Origin: the human T2T-CHM13v2.0 reference genome, Homo sapiens
Assembly (NCBI RefSeq): GCF_009914755.1
Contig: NC_060934.1
Strand: one strand, 5' to 3'
DNA: 64,000 nucleotides
Under the pieces are notes generated by a model. It saw only the letters and a program-made list of their open reading frames with translations. It was not told the origin of the DNA and ran no database searches. This document shows positions 28,287 through 41,826 of the stretch, in pieces; the stretch's first letter is position 1; every line of letters starts with the position of its first letter. Position numbers and translations under genes: made by a program.

Positions 28287-30940
28287 AAAAATCAGTAGCA
28301 TTTCTATATGCCAACAGCAACAGTCTGAATAAGAAATTGAGAAAGTAATTCCATTTACAACAGCTACAAATAAAATACTTAGGAACAAACTTAACCAAAG
28401 AAGTGAAAGATCTCTACAATCAAAACTATAAAAAATTGATGCAAGAAATTAAACAGGGCACAATAAAAACAGAAAGATATTCCATGTTCATGGATTGAAC
28501 GAATCAATATTATTAAAATGTCCATACTACCCTAAGCAGTCTACAGATTCAATATAATCCCTATCAAAATACCAATGACATTCTTTACAGATATAGAAAA
28601 AACAATCCTAAAATGTATATGGAACCACAAAAAACCCAGAATAGCCAAAGCCATCCTGAACAAAAAGAACAAAACTAAAGGAATCATGTTACCTGACTTC
28701 AAGTTATACTACAGAGCTATAGTAACCAAAACGGGATGGTACTTGCATTAAAACAGACACATAGATCAATGGAACAGAATAGAGAACCCAGAAACAAGTC
28801 CATACATCTACACTGAACTCATTTTTTACAAAGTTGCCAAAAACATTCAATGGGGAAAAGACAGTCTCTTCAATAAATGTTGCAATAAATACACAGCAGA
28901 ATGAAACTAGACCCCTATCTCTCACCATATAGAAAAATAAAATCAAAATGGATTAAAGACTTAAATTTCATACCCAAAACTATGAAACTACTAAAATAAA
29001 ACTTTGGAGAAACTCTCCAGGACATTGGTCTGGGCAGAAATTTCTTGAGCAGTACCCCAAAAGCACAGGCTGCCAAAGCAACGAAGGACAAAGAGGATCA
29101 CATTAAAAAACTTCTGCACAACAAAGGCAACAATCATCAAAGTGAAGAGATGACCCACAGAATGGGTGGAAATATTTGTAAACTACCCATCTGGCAAAGG
29201 ATTAATAACCCAAATATATAAGGAGCTCAAACAACTTAATAGGAAACAAAACAAATTTAATAGTCTGATTTTAAAATGAGCTTAAGGTCTGAATAGACAT
29301 TTCTCGAAAGAAGACACCAAATGGCAAACAGGTATATGAAAATGCGCTCAAAATCACTGATCACCACAGAAGTGCAAATTAAACCTACTATGAAATATCA
29401 TCTCACCCCAGTTAAAATATTTTTTTATCAAAAAGACAGGCAATAATGAATGTGGGTGAAGATGTGGAGAAAGAGAAATCCTCATACAATATTGGTGGGA
29501 ATGTAAATTAGTACAGCCACTATAAAAACAGTATGAGGTTCCTCAACAAACTAAAATAGAACTACCATATGATCCATCAACCCCACTGCTAAGTATACAC
29601 CCAAAAGGAAGAAAATTAATATATCAAAGAGATATCTATACGCCCATGTTTATTGCAGCACTATTCACAATAGCCAGGATTTGGAATCAACCTAAGTGCC
29701 CATCAACAAATGAATGGATAAAGAAAATGTGGTACATATACACAGTGGAATACTTTTCAGTCATAAAAAAGAATAAGATTCTGTCATTTGCAATGACGTG
29801 GCTGGAACTGGAGGACATTATGTTAAGTGAAGTAAGCCAGGCACAGAAAGACAAACTTCACATGTTCTCACTCATTTGTGGGAGCTAAATTTAAAACAAT
29901 TGAACTCATGGAGACAGAGAGTAGGAGGATGGTTACCAGAGGCTGGGAAGTGTAGTGTGGGCAGGGGTAGGAAAAAGGGATGGTGAGTAGGTACAAAAAT
30001 TACTTAGATACAATGAATATGATTTCGTATTTAATAGCACTAAAGGGTGACTACAGTCAGCAATAATTTGTTACACATTTTGGAATAACTGAGGGGGTAT
30101 AATTGAAATGTTAGTAACACAAAGAAATGATGAATTCTTAAAGTGATGGATTTACCCTGATGGGGTTATTACACATTATGTGCCTGTAACAAAATACCTC
30201 ATGTACTCCATCAATATATACACCTACTATGTACCCATAAAAATTAAAAATAAAAAAAGTTAAAAATATAAAATAAAATATAAATGACATAAGGTTGATC
30301 ACCTTTAAAAAAAAAGTTGCCAGAAAAAACAGTGGGACAAAGATAATATTAACACTGATTTATCATCAGAGACAAGTCAGCCAGAAGAAAATAGAACAAG
30401 ATTTTCAAGGTCTTGAAAGAAAAAAACTGTCAACCTATAACTGTATATCCAACACATATATTCCTCAAAACACAAAATAGAAATACATTTTTTAGACAAA
30501 CAAAAACAGAGAATTTGTTGCCAGCAGATCTACTCTACAAGAAATATTTTAAAATTTCCTCAGGCTGAAAGAAAATGATATCACATGTATCACATAGAGA
30601 CATAGTCCTAGACAAAGGAATGAAGAGTTTCAGAAGTGGTAAACATTTATGTATACGTAAAAGATTTTTCTCCTCATTTTTTAATCTCCTTAAGAGGTAA
30701 TTGACTGTCCTAAACAAAATACTAACAATGCATATATTTAAAGAAACTTATAACCTATTTCCTCCTCTCTATCCTTTAAGTAAGCTATTGTTACAATTAT
30801 CATACATTTTATCTAAATGTTTTACAAATATGAATACACACACACTATGGAGGCTGCAGGAAATATTGACCTTGGCAAACTAGAATTACCTAAAAGCATT
30901 CGTTGTTTTAGGGCAGTAATGGTTAAGAACTTGGGCTTGG

Positions 30941-31118
30941 GGCCAGTCACAGTGGCCAGTCACAGTGGCTCATGCCCAGCCCCTTTAGGAGGCTGAGGTG
31001 GAAGGGTTGCTTGAGGCCAGGAGTTTGAGACGGGCTTGGGCAATATAGTGAGACCTTGTCTCTACAAAAAATTGAAAAATTAGCCAGATATGGTGGCATG
31101 TGCCTGTAGTCCCAGCTA
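30941..31118 (+). mobile_element. 3'-truncated Alu
   Basis: Left arm plus start of right arm; stops at GTCCCAGCTA without an A tail. Confidence 0.75.
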
Positions 31119-33159
31119 ATATACAAATATACAAAGCAAATATACATGGCTTTGTATCTAAATGGAACCTCTTGAGTGCTTTCTATCCTTACTACCACTG
31201 AAGGTGAAATTGCTGCTGCTTTAGCGGACTAGAACTGGCTTCTCTTATTGGATTGTGGTAGCCAAGCACTGTGTGTGTGTGTACATATGTTTGTCTGTAG
31301 GATAAATAATACTTTGTAGTTTGGTATTGGAATTCTCTGCTTACTGACACTTGGCTTAAGCCTTCTTTCTCCCTGAGGTCTCATCTTAGTAGAAATTAAT
31401 GTTTGCCCTTTTTGTTCGACAGAATCAGGAGTTGGAAGAACATCCAGTAATGGGTACACAGAAATGGAGCAGGGAGAAAGAAGGAGAAGACGGAGAATAA
31501 CAGAGTGCCTGAGGCATGCAGACGATTCAGGAAGGGACTAACATTAGGTCTGAGTTATATGTAGGTATTCACGTTGCAAATTGCCTATGAACAGCCTCCA
31601 TTCCCTGTGGGACCCAGCTGAGACCCATACTTTGGACAGCAGAATTGAGTTAGGAAGAGATCAGAGCTGTAGACACTGGAGTACGACTGCTGTCATAGCA
31701 GATTAGGACAGAGGTTGGATTCTGTTAATAGCATTATAAAAATTGTTTTTCTTATTTATTTCACAGCATTTTACTCTAGGAAAGTTAAGATGCTAGAGAG
31801 ACACCATAAGCCTAGTGCACATCACACAGTTGTGTGGAAAGTCATCATGAGTATTGCCATCGCAATGGTCTCAGCGTTCAAAGGAGAACGTTGAGTGAAA
31901 GAAACTATGCTCTAATGAGGTCCTCTCAGAAACCAGCAATCCTGGCAATTCAGCTCTCTGGGCAAATAATAGAGCAGAGTCATCAGGACCACCCACCTAG
32001 GCGTCTGATGATCCTGGGTTTCAATCCTACCTGGGCCCTTCACTATCAGTTTGACTTTGGGCAACTGGTTTAACATCTCTGAGCCTCAATTTTCTCATCT
32101 ATAAAATGAGGATGATAAAATGCATACTGTTTAAAAAAGAGTACTTACTGTCGGGTACTCTACAAGTATTATCTCATTTTATCCTCGCAACAGCTAGATA
32201 CTATTATTATTCTATTTTATAGGTGTGAAAACAGAGGCTCAGAGCAATGGGCTGTCATGTGTCGGAAGTCACAAGGCTGGTTAAGTGGTACATCCAGGAA
32301 TGGACCCTGGGCATTCTGATTCCAGAGCCCTGCTTTTAACTATTAAGCAAAACTGCTGGATAAAGCTCTCCTGAGTATCAAATAAGCTGATGAGCTCAAT
32401 AGTGCCTGGCACATTTTGATTCTTTCATAAATGGTAATTATCAAAATGAGAGTTGAGTGCAATCCAGATCCCAAGTTATGACAAATCTGGGGTTAACGTG
32501 AATTCTGTAGCAACACCCAGGGCCAACTCTAAAGCTCAGGCATCCTCACTCTCAGATAATCTATAAACAGAAAGTTCTCATAGAAAAATACAAGTTCCCT
32601 GGGGTGTCAGAAATCGTTTATACAGAAGGTGCCTTTTGCAGCATGGGAACAGATCAGAGAGTAGGAAAGCAAGGAAGAACTGGAGAATGTCCTGGCCCCA
32701 TCGTCAGAGCTCCCTTGAAAGGGAGCATCCTGACTTCCAGCCCAATCTGTCCAACAGGAGAGAACAGAAAGCTGGGAACTAAACGAGTGCCACACCCCTG
32801 GCTCATGGATTTTGCAGGATGCTAGGTAATGCTAGCATCATTTCTTCATTTCTCCATCATCTCCCTCCCCATCCCGATCACGTCCTCGGCCTTGTCTCTT
32901 TTGTTCCCAACTCCACCACTGCCAAGAACTGTACGTGGTCCAAAGTGGGCACTCAAACAACACTAGCTGAATGCATTACATGAAAAATGGTATGAAGATA
33001 AAGATAAACATATTAGGGATCAGAATGGAAAATTGTCATGCCTTTTTAAAGATGAAACACAGGACTTCAAAGAAACTTCAAAAATCTGGTAAGGGCTTTA
33101 AACTGTCTACAGAGATTAAAGTTCAAACTCTCAGAAATGTTTTCCCTGGCATTTTTAAC

Positions 33160-33745
33160 CCCTTAAAAATTTTAATAAAATACACATAAAATTTACCATT
33201 TTAACCACTTTAAATATACAACTCAGTGGCATTAAGTGCATTCACATGGCTGAACAACCATCACCACCATCCATCCACCGAACTCTTTCACCATCCTAAA
33301 CTGAAATGCCATACCCATTAAACACTAACTCCCATTCCCTCCACATCCCAGACCCGGGGAACCATCATTCTACTTTCTGTCTCATGAATTTGACTATGCT
33401 AGGCCCTGCTAATAAATAGAATCATACAATATTTGTCCTTTTATGTTCAGTTTATTTACTTAGCATAATGTCTTCAAGGTTCATCCATGTTGTAGCATGT
33501 CAGAATTTCATTTCTTAAGACTGAATAACATTCCACTGTATGCTTTATACCACACTTTGCTTATCTGTTCATTCATTGACAGACATTTGAGTTGTTTCCA
33601 GCTTTTGGCAGTTGTGAATAATACTAATATGAAAATGAATGTACAAATATCTGTTCAATTTCCTGCTTTCACTTCATCTGGGAATATATATCCAGAAGTA
33701 GAATTGGAGGATCATATAGTAACTATGTCTAATTTTTTGAGGAGC
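33160..33745 (-). mobile_element. L1MB-like 3' end
   Basis: CATAAAATTTACCATTTTAACC...CTTAGCATAATGTCTTCAAGGTTCATCCATGTTGTAGCATG. Confidence 0.8.
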
Positions 33746-34731
33746 CATTCCTGGCATTTTTTTCTGTTATATTATCAGAGTCAGCTCCTACTTATTTGAA
33801 CAGTTTATTTTGCCTCTCCAGTGTTCTATCCTACATTTATCCTAAATGACCTCTCTTTTGCTGGTCCCTTCTTTCATTTACAAAGATTATTTAGAAATAT
33901 GATCTTATGTTCCACAGTACTGATTTTTCCCAAAACAAAACATTAGGGCTGTTTGGAACAAACTGCCATTTCCCAAGTCATAAGTTGCATTAGTTTAAAA
34001 GGTAAGAATCCATGAATTTTTTGGAAAAAAAAAAGCAGTCCTTCAAATCAGTACCAAGGTACCAGTTTGTTATGAAAGACAGTTTCTGACATACAAACGT
34101 CTCACTTAGGAACATCCCTGACATGCAAAGACCAGTGGAAACCAGGAATCTGACTCCTCCTGGAAGTCTCCACCTGCTGCCACATGGATGGTGAGGATCT
34201 TGGACTTTCAGTGGTTAGCAGGGACAGGTTAAAACCCACCTCTTCTCCATTTTCATCTTCCTTCTTGGCACCAGAACTATGGGAGTGCCATCCTTGCTGT
34301 GGCTACCTGGCATCACAGTGAGAGCTCCTGTTCTCACTGGAAGATTGAATCACTTCAGAAGCAGAAGAGTGTGTGCTGGAACACAGCACAATTTTGCATA
34401 CAGAAACAATGCTCTTTCACATCTAGTCAACGAGTTCTGCACATTCCATCTCCTAGCCACCTCAAAATCCATCTTTCCTCCTTGCCTTCTCTACCTGGGG
34501 TCAGAATCTCATCTGGGTCACTTCAATAGGCTCTGAACTAGTCTCCTCTACAGTCGGGATTTCTGGCCCATCCTGCACATTATGGAGATCTATCTGTCAC
34601 CAGCTCAATATCACTATCATCACCAAAGACCTGAAATAACAATGTTCAGGAGAGACCTTAACAGCCCCACACCTCTACTGGGTGGAGCTTCAGGACAGCC
34701 ATGTCTTCTGACTTCTAGTCTGGTCCGCACT

Positions 34732-35015
34732 TTTTTTTTTTTTTTTTTTTTTTGAGACAGTCTCGCTCATGTTGCCCAGGATATAGTGCAGCAGCGTGAT
34801 CTCGGCTCACCGCAACCTCCGCCTCCTGGGTTCAAGTGATTCTCCTGCCTCAGCCTCCTGAGCAGCTGGGATTATAGGCACCCGCCATTACACCTGGCTA
34901 ATTTTTGTATTTTTAGTAGAGACGGGGTCTCACCATGTTGGCCAGGCTGGTCTCGAACTCCTGACCTCAAGTGATCTGCCCTCCTCGGCCTCCCAAAGTG
35001 CTGGGATTACAGGCC
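34732..35015 (-). mobile_element. AluS-like element
   Basis: TGGTCCGCACT duplicated at 34721-34731 and ~35020-35030. Confidence 0.9.
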
Positions 35016-35559
35016 AGCTTGGTCCGCACTTTTCTCATTGGTTGCCTTTTATGTCAGCATGGCTGTCAGCTAAATGGGAGAATGAATATAACTGATACCA
35101 TTTATATATGAAGGTCAGCAGTGGAGGGGAAGGAAGTTAAAGGGAATAAACAGCAGGTATGAAATCATCTCACCACCTTTAATAACTGGTGTAGTACCCA
35201 TTTTCTTCTCTTCTTCTTCTCCCTTTTCGAGGATGGTGTTGAAAGTGTTGAAAGTGGAGCAGTCAGGGTACTTCCTTCTCAAATCATCACACTTCTTTCT
35301 TCTTTACCACACTTCCTAGCCATAATCTTCACCATTTAAGAGGAGGGGACTCTTCAAACCCTTTCCATATCGAAATCTTAGAATGCAATTGTGAAACTGC
35401 ACTTGACTTTCCAGATATTTGAGGAAGCTTCCAGGTTCTTGCTTTATAATCATGATCTACCACCCTTACCATCCTTCCCTGAAATTTCCCTATCTAAAAC
35501 AACGACAACAAAACCTGTTACAGATATTTTTGTAAGTAGCCTTAAATTCTTTTAAAAGT

Positions 35560-35688
35560 ATTATTATTTTTTTTATAGAGACAAGGTCTATGTTGCCCAG
35601 GCTGGTCTCAAACTCCTAAGCTCAAGCAATCCTCCCACCTCAGCCTCCCGAAGTGCTAGGATGGTAGGCTGAGCCACCGTGCCCAGCC
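35560..35688 (-). mobile_element. FLAM/Alu monomer
   Basis: Left-arm antisense; CCTTAAATTCT on both flanks. Confidence 0.8.
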
Positions 35689-35740
35689 TTAAATTCTCTT
35701 TTAAGACAAGGCAAAAGTATGTGTTAATCAAGTTAGAATT

Positions 35741-35880
35741 CAGGTGACCATTTGTCTCAGTTTGCCTAGGACAGTCCCAGTTTATGCCTGTTCCCTTGTG
35801 TAACTTTTAAAAGAGCTCCTCCTTTTACTCTTAAAAAAAAAAAGGTCCAGTTTGGAGGATAAATTATATGCTGACCCTAG
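35741..35880. mobile_element. MER81-like hAT MITE
   Basis: Terminal inverted repeats CAGGTGACCAT...ATGCTGACCCTA. Confidence 0.6.
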
Positions 35881-36570
35881 TTTAAAACACACTTTGATTT
35901 TCTAACATAGTGTTTTCCAGGTGATATTATGCTTTTGCCCACATCATTGCATTTTATTTACATAACTACTCTGCGAAGCAGGAAGGGAAATACTTGATCG
36001 CTATTAAATAAAGGAGGTAATCAAGGCTTCGAGGGGTACAGTGGTGACTGAGGTCACACACTCAGGGCCAGAACCTAGGATTCCTGACTTCAAGTCTAAA
36101 ACTGTTTCAGCTGTGGATCACTATGTGCAAATGTCTGAGTAAAGGCAAACTTCACTCTCCTTTGGTGATCTGCTTGGCACTGGACTTAGAAGTTTAGATA
36201 CGTTCATCCTTGCACAGAGACTGTTCTTCCACATATAAAGCAAGCAAAGAGATGGAAGAAGAATTATTAGCTAAACAAAAAGAGGCTGTTAGTGAATCCT
36301 GGGCCAAAGAATATATTTTACCAGGTCTAATTACATCAGATTACTTGAATCTTACATCTGGCCAAATTAGGATATTTCCATTTAAGAAAAGAAAACCAAA
36401 GATCAATAATGCATGCCTACTCTTGCAAAGAATGCAAAGAACATATAAATGGGTTCTGGTCAGTCTTATAGATATATTTTCCTATAATTACACACTAATT
36501 CTTTCTTAAAAATATTTCCCAAAACAGCAAAATTCTACCCTCCTTGGTAAGCAGCAAAGGGACAACACGG

Positions 36571-36620
36571 GAAACAAAACAAAACAAAACAAAACAAAAC
36601 AAAACAAAACAAAACAAAAC
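36571..36620 (+). repeat. (AAAAC)~10 pentanucleotide microsatellite
   Basis: Directly visible. Confidence 0.97.
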
Positions 36621-37006
36621 ATAAAAACCCTAGACCATTTAAAGACAAGCATGGTGCTTTGTAAAATCTTCGGGGTATCACAGAGGTGCTGAATGCGTGG
36701 TTACATCAATGAAAAAACGCCCACTCTTTGAGCCTCCTGAAAAGGAGGCCACAGGACCCCCGGGCGCCAGGGCTTGGGAACCCAGCGCCCCTCCTTGTCT
36801 GTGCCATGACAGACAGGTTCAGTGTGACTTGCCAAGGATGGCTCCAAGCAGCTGGGCCATGTAGCCTGAACGCAGCAGAGGGTTGGACGCCTTAGAGCCA
36901 GCTGTGGGCACCACAGCCCGACCAGGGAGGCAGCGGGTCTCCCCAGGTTAAGAGGCCAGCGGAGGACGCGCGCGGTCTCCTTGGGGGAGGGTGCGGGTGG
37001 GCCGGG

Positions 37007-37041
37007 CGCGCATGCGCATGGGCGCCATCGCCCGCCGGAAG
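37007..37041 (+). promoter_or_regulatory. NRF1 palindrome plus ETS/GABPA-type site
   Basis: CGCGCATGCGCA 37007-37018 matches the NRF1 consensus YGCGCATGCGCR; CCGGAAG at 37035-37041; both lie ~70-100 bp upstream of the ATG. Confidence 0.65.
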
Positions 37042-37108
37042 AGCGGCAGCCCAGGCGCTGCTGCTGGCGCCAGACGGCACCGGCCGCTGGTAGAGCGCGT
37101 GCCGCGAG

Positions 37109-37286
37109 ATGCGGCCTCAGGACAGCACCGGGGTCGCGGAGCTCCAGGAGCCCGGGCTGCCGCTAACGGACGATGCACCCCCGGGCGCCACTGAGGAGCC
37201 GGCGGCCGCCGAGGCAGCTGGGGCGCCAGACCGCGGTAGGTGCTGGCTCTGCCTTTCCTCGCCGTGTTGCTCCCGCACCGAGCCGG
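37109..37286 (+). CDS. SLC35G1: SLC35G1 coding exon 1 (codons 1-59 + 1 nt)
   Basis: ATG at 37109 inside a CpG island; translates MRPQDSTGVAELQEPG...CWLCLSSPCCSRTEP; ends at consensus donor CGG|GTGAGT (GT 37287-37288); phase 1 joins exon 2 in frame. Confidence 0.93.
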
Positions 37287-38987
37287 GTGAGTGCGCGGTG
37301 TGGATCGGGCTCTGGTCTCGCTCGGGGGTCCCGAGCGGGCGCCGGCGGGTTGGGGTCCCCGCAACCCGGGCACAGTGCCCGCCGCGCCTCCGTCCCCACC
37401 CTGCCCGGGGCTCGGGAAACCCCTCGAGCTGTCAGCTGGGGGGCTGCAAAGCGGAATTCCCGGCGCCCCAGCCGGCGCTAAGACGGAAGAAACTTTCCGA
37501 TTGTTAGCAGTCCTTTTGGGATTCCGAGGCTGCTCCTGTAATTAGTGTCGGGGCAGGGCTGTGGAGTCAGACTGCAGTTTGGCGTACCCTCCCCTAGGTC
37601 GTAGGTGGGGGGTCAGCGAGAGAGGCCATCCTGCAGTGGGGCGACGTTGCGAGGAAGCTGACCCTGAAAAGTGATCCCGGTGGTTAAGGGTTCTCTCCGA
37701 AAAGGAAGCTGAAAAGCATCGAGTCTAGAAAAAATGTTCGTCCTAGAGTTTTAGAATCTTGGAAAGGCAGAGATAAGTGGGACCGCTAGTTTTTAACCTT
37801 TAGGGATACAAGGACTTTTTAGCAAACGATGCAGAACAAGGCATATCTTGTTAAGAAGCTCACAGCCCCGTCCCCAAAGTCAGGGACCCCTCGTGAAGAA
37901 CACTTTATGTTCAGTCCCCCTCCTTCGACACATGAGCAAAGTGAGGCCCAGGAAGGTGAGGGCTTTTGGGTTTTCGTTTGCTTTGTCTCCTCCAAGATGT
38001 GGAACGTGGGGGTGAGATGGGGCGCATGTCCAGGGAGCACCAGGGTTAGGATCCCAGCTTGCCATATACCGGCCTAGGGCCCTTTCCACTGGCCACAAGT
38101 GCTGCTTCAAGCACATTCCTCTTAGAAGTCGACCATCTACCAGGAGCAGCTTCCTGCAAGAAGAAGGGAATAGGCAGATCTCTTTTTAGGACAGTTACAC
38201 GGCCTGCACCACCTTGTCCTCTGGGTCACCTCCCCTAAGTGTGACCCTGGATTTCTGTTCCTCTCCTCTCACTGCGCTTTCCCCTCCTCCCTTTGTGCAC
38301 TTTCCCCAAGTTAGAGAGACAGACTCTAGGAAGACTATTCTTGCTCCATTTCTGTCCTAAAGGCAAACCGAAATGATCAGACTTGTGATCATTTATAAAT
38401 GGGCTGGTGCCTCTAGAACAGGGGTTATGCCAGGCTGAATTGAACAGATAAGCAGCCTTTGAAAAGGTCAGTTTCTCACCTATCACCCTCTGGGTGAATG
38501 TCCTTCTGGTGGCATGCCGAATCAGTCCATGCAAACTCTTAAAGTTTCCCCTTTTTGTGAATGGAAGAGGAATTCTCTACTCCCAGGCAGCTCATGGCAA
38601 GATGAGAAACTTACGTGAGTGTATCTAAGAATCTTGTGGGTGTTTAACTTCAAAGAAAGTTTCTACCAGTAAGACTTAGTTATTGTAAGGTGACAAGATA
38701 ATATTTTGGAAAGAAAATTGACATAAAAACACTTTACTGTTGTCATTGAACTTTGTGACACCTCTTGTTCTAACTGCTTATCTCAACAAAGCTTTTTTCA
38801 AGTTCTGGTTGGAACTGTTACCCATATGTCTTACATTCTTGGATGACCTTAACAGACACATACAGCTGTCCCAAGACATCTCCATACTTTCTTCAGGGAC
38901 AGTGTGGGTCTTACACTGAAGCAAGGAGAAGTAGTTTCTTAGGCCTGTGCCTCACATCCTCTGGAGGGAGTTAGTGATCGAGTGTAG

Positions 38988-39432
<445 letters not shown>

Positions 39433-41645
39433 TGAAAGCAGAGGATAGAGAAGCTGAGTAATTTTTCAGTTTTCTTCTAAGTGAGGAAATTACACCATGG
39501 CCACTTACCTAATTTGAATAATTTGAGTTACCAAATTATTAGATATGCTTGCTGTGAGATATGAACATGGAACCTAAACAAATGCCTCTTTCAATTATGC
39601 TAGTCGTGCTCATCTCCATTGACAGGATTGAAATGATTTAGTAAGAAACTGAGGTTTGTCTGAGTGGAGCCAGTCCTCACCCTCGTTAACAAATCATCAA
39701 ATGCAGCGAGGCCTTCTAATGTCTGTCCCTTCCCAGTTGGAAAGCATGAGCCTTAAGTGTTTATAGGCAAGAAAATACATGTGTATGTGTTTTAAGGGGA
39801 AAGGTCACTAGGGCCAAGGGGGTGCAATTACATTTTTAAAGAGTTAAAATATTTAATGTTAAGTTAAAATATTCCTGGGGAAAAATTAGCAAGTTTATGT
39901 TGGAGAAGATACTTGAAACAGAGCAGGGAGATGTTTTCTGTCCTTGATCTTCTCGGTCTGTTCTGTTTGAGGGTGGAGTTTCTATGTAGGGGTTGAGTTT
40001 CTTTTAAGAAAAACTGTTTTATTTGGAACTGAATTCTGAAATTTCAGAGGCCAGACCCTAAGGCTGACCACAGCCAAGGCATGTATTTTGTGGTGCTTCA
40101 CTTGGAAGTCTTCTAAAGCTTCCTTCTCGTGGGCTGCGTGTGTGCAGTTTATTTCTGCAGTATACAAGCACATGGATACAGAACAGAATGAGGATTCTGG
40201 CATCTTAAGGGAAGGACTACTGCTAGTTCCAAAGCAGTATCTTCAGCTGTGCACCTAGAACAGGAAGAGGTAGAGAATGGTGCCTTTGACCACAAGGCCA
40301 GGCTGTAGAATGCCCCAGAAAGCCTGTGCATCAGCATACTTTGGTCCCAGTTTGCAAAGTCATCTCACTAACCTGAGGATGTGTAAATGTGTTACCTGGT
40401 GTTTACATTTATCAGAGAAGGGCATTTTAAAAAACATTACACAATACTGTTTTATAGCTATCACATTATAAAGTCCTAGATTGGAATGATAATACGAGTT
40501 TTCCTACAAGTTGCTCATATCCACTCACCCTTCAGTTCCACTGTGCTCTTAATCAATGAGGGCCACTTGTGTTTCCTTCTTACCCTCAACCCTGTTTTTG
40601 TGTTAATTTCAAAAAAGAATATATCCCGCAGTGTGTGACCTTTGTTTTAGGGCATTCTCTGCCCACCCTGCTGCTTTTGCTCTCTGAATGACAGAGGAGT
40701 AAGACTGAAAGCAGGTTCTACTCCTGTGTAGGAAACTAAGACATAGTAAGTGGCTAAACAAGTTTAAAGCTCACACAGATTGTCATTAATGACTGAATAC
40801 TTGATGCCCTGGAGAAAGCACTGGTTTCCTCGTTCAGATCGAGCCAAGAGTAGGGATTAGATGGCAGTTCTGTACAAAGCACTTGGGATCCAAAGGGCTA
40901 GATAACCCACACCCTCCCCTTGAGGAGTTTGTGCTCTGAATGGGAAGATAAGTCGTGAAAGCATGAAAAGTTAAATATAGATTTGATTAACAGTTCAAAA
41001 TAACAAAATGGAGAACCTTCCCAGATTATGCTGTTGCCGATAGTGTTAGACTCTTGAGTCTTTCCCTGAAGTTCTCTCATCTTTCATTCACTGAATATTT
41101 ATCCAGTGTCTTCCATGTGCCAGGCATGTACAAGACAGCAAGATCCCAGCCCTGGAAGAGCTCACAGACTTGTGGGAGGAAGTCAAATAATCAACAGATA
41201 ACTGTATAACCCAATTATAACCCATTTTCCAGAAAAGAACACTTTCTTCATAAAGCCAATTTCGCCAGTGAGGTGTGGCGTAAGATATCACTTGGAAGGA
41301 TTTTTTACTTGCCATCTTGACAAGTGTTTCTTAAAGATTTCTCTCACCATCTTGGCAAGCGTTCTACTTCTTGACTTGTAAGTGAGGATGATTCTTCAGT
41401 GAGCCATAGGAAATCCATTTGATAGGGCGAAACGGCATTTTAAAAATGCAGGTTTAAATTGTTATCCTCATCTATGGTTCTTCATAATTGATGGGGAAAA
41501 TGGTACAGGCCCAGAGAAATGATATGCTTAGGAGGTAATAAAGCCTGTTGACCTTTGACACTGTTCCATTTTTCTGAGTTTCTAAGTGAAAATGATAACA
41601 CATACACTTGGAAGCAAGGACTAACCAGAATTTAATCTTTTTCAG

Positions 41646-41826
41646 AAGCCAAGAAGAAAGCACCCTGTCCTGGACTTGGCTTGTTTTACACATTATTGTC
41701 TGCCTTCCTTTTCTCAGTGGGCTCTTTATTTGTTAAAAAAGTGCAAGACGTCCATGCTGTAGAGATTAGTGCGTTTCGATGTGTGTTCCAAATGCTAGTT
41801 GTTATCCCTTGCTTAATATACAGAAA
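41646..41826 (+). CDS. SLC35G1: SLC35G1 coding exon 2 (181 nt)
   Basis: Branch-like CTAAC 41621-41625, pyrimidine tract and CAG acceptor 41643-41645; reads (E)AKKKAPCPGLGLFYTLLSAFLFSVGSLFVKKVQDVHAVEISAFRCVFQMLVVIPCLIYR; donor AAA|GTAAGT at 41827. Not in the ORF track because it has no in-frame start of its own. Confidence 0.93.

Larger units (their letters stand above)
36750..37700. promoter_or_regulatory. CpG island / SLC35G1 promoter
   Basis: Sharp rise in GC and CpG density across exon 1; GC-box-like runs; no TATA box seen. Confidence 0.9.

Noticed and set aside
36892-37545. Multiple overlapping ORFs on both strands around exon 1, including the 132-aa read-through and ATGs at 37012/37018
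   Set aside because: GC-rich CpG islands are depleted of stop codons. The 132-aa ORF is exon 1 plus intron. The upstream ATGs lie within the NRF1 motif and are out of frame with the CDS.
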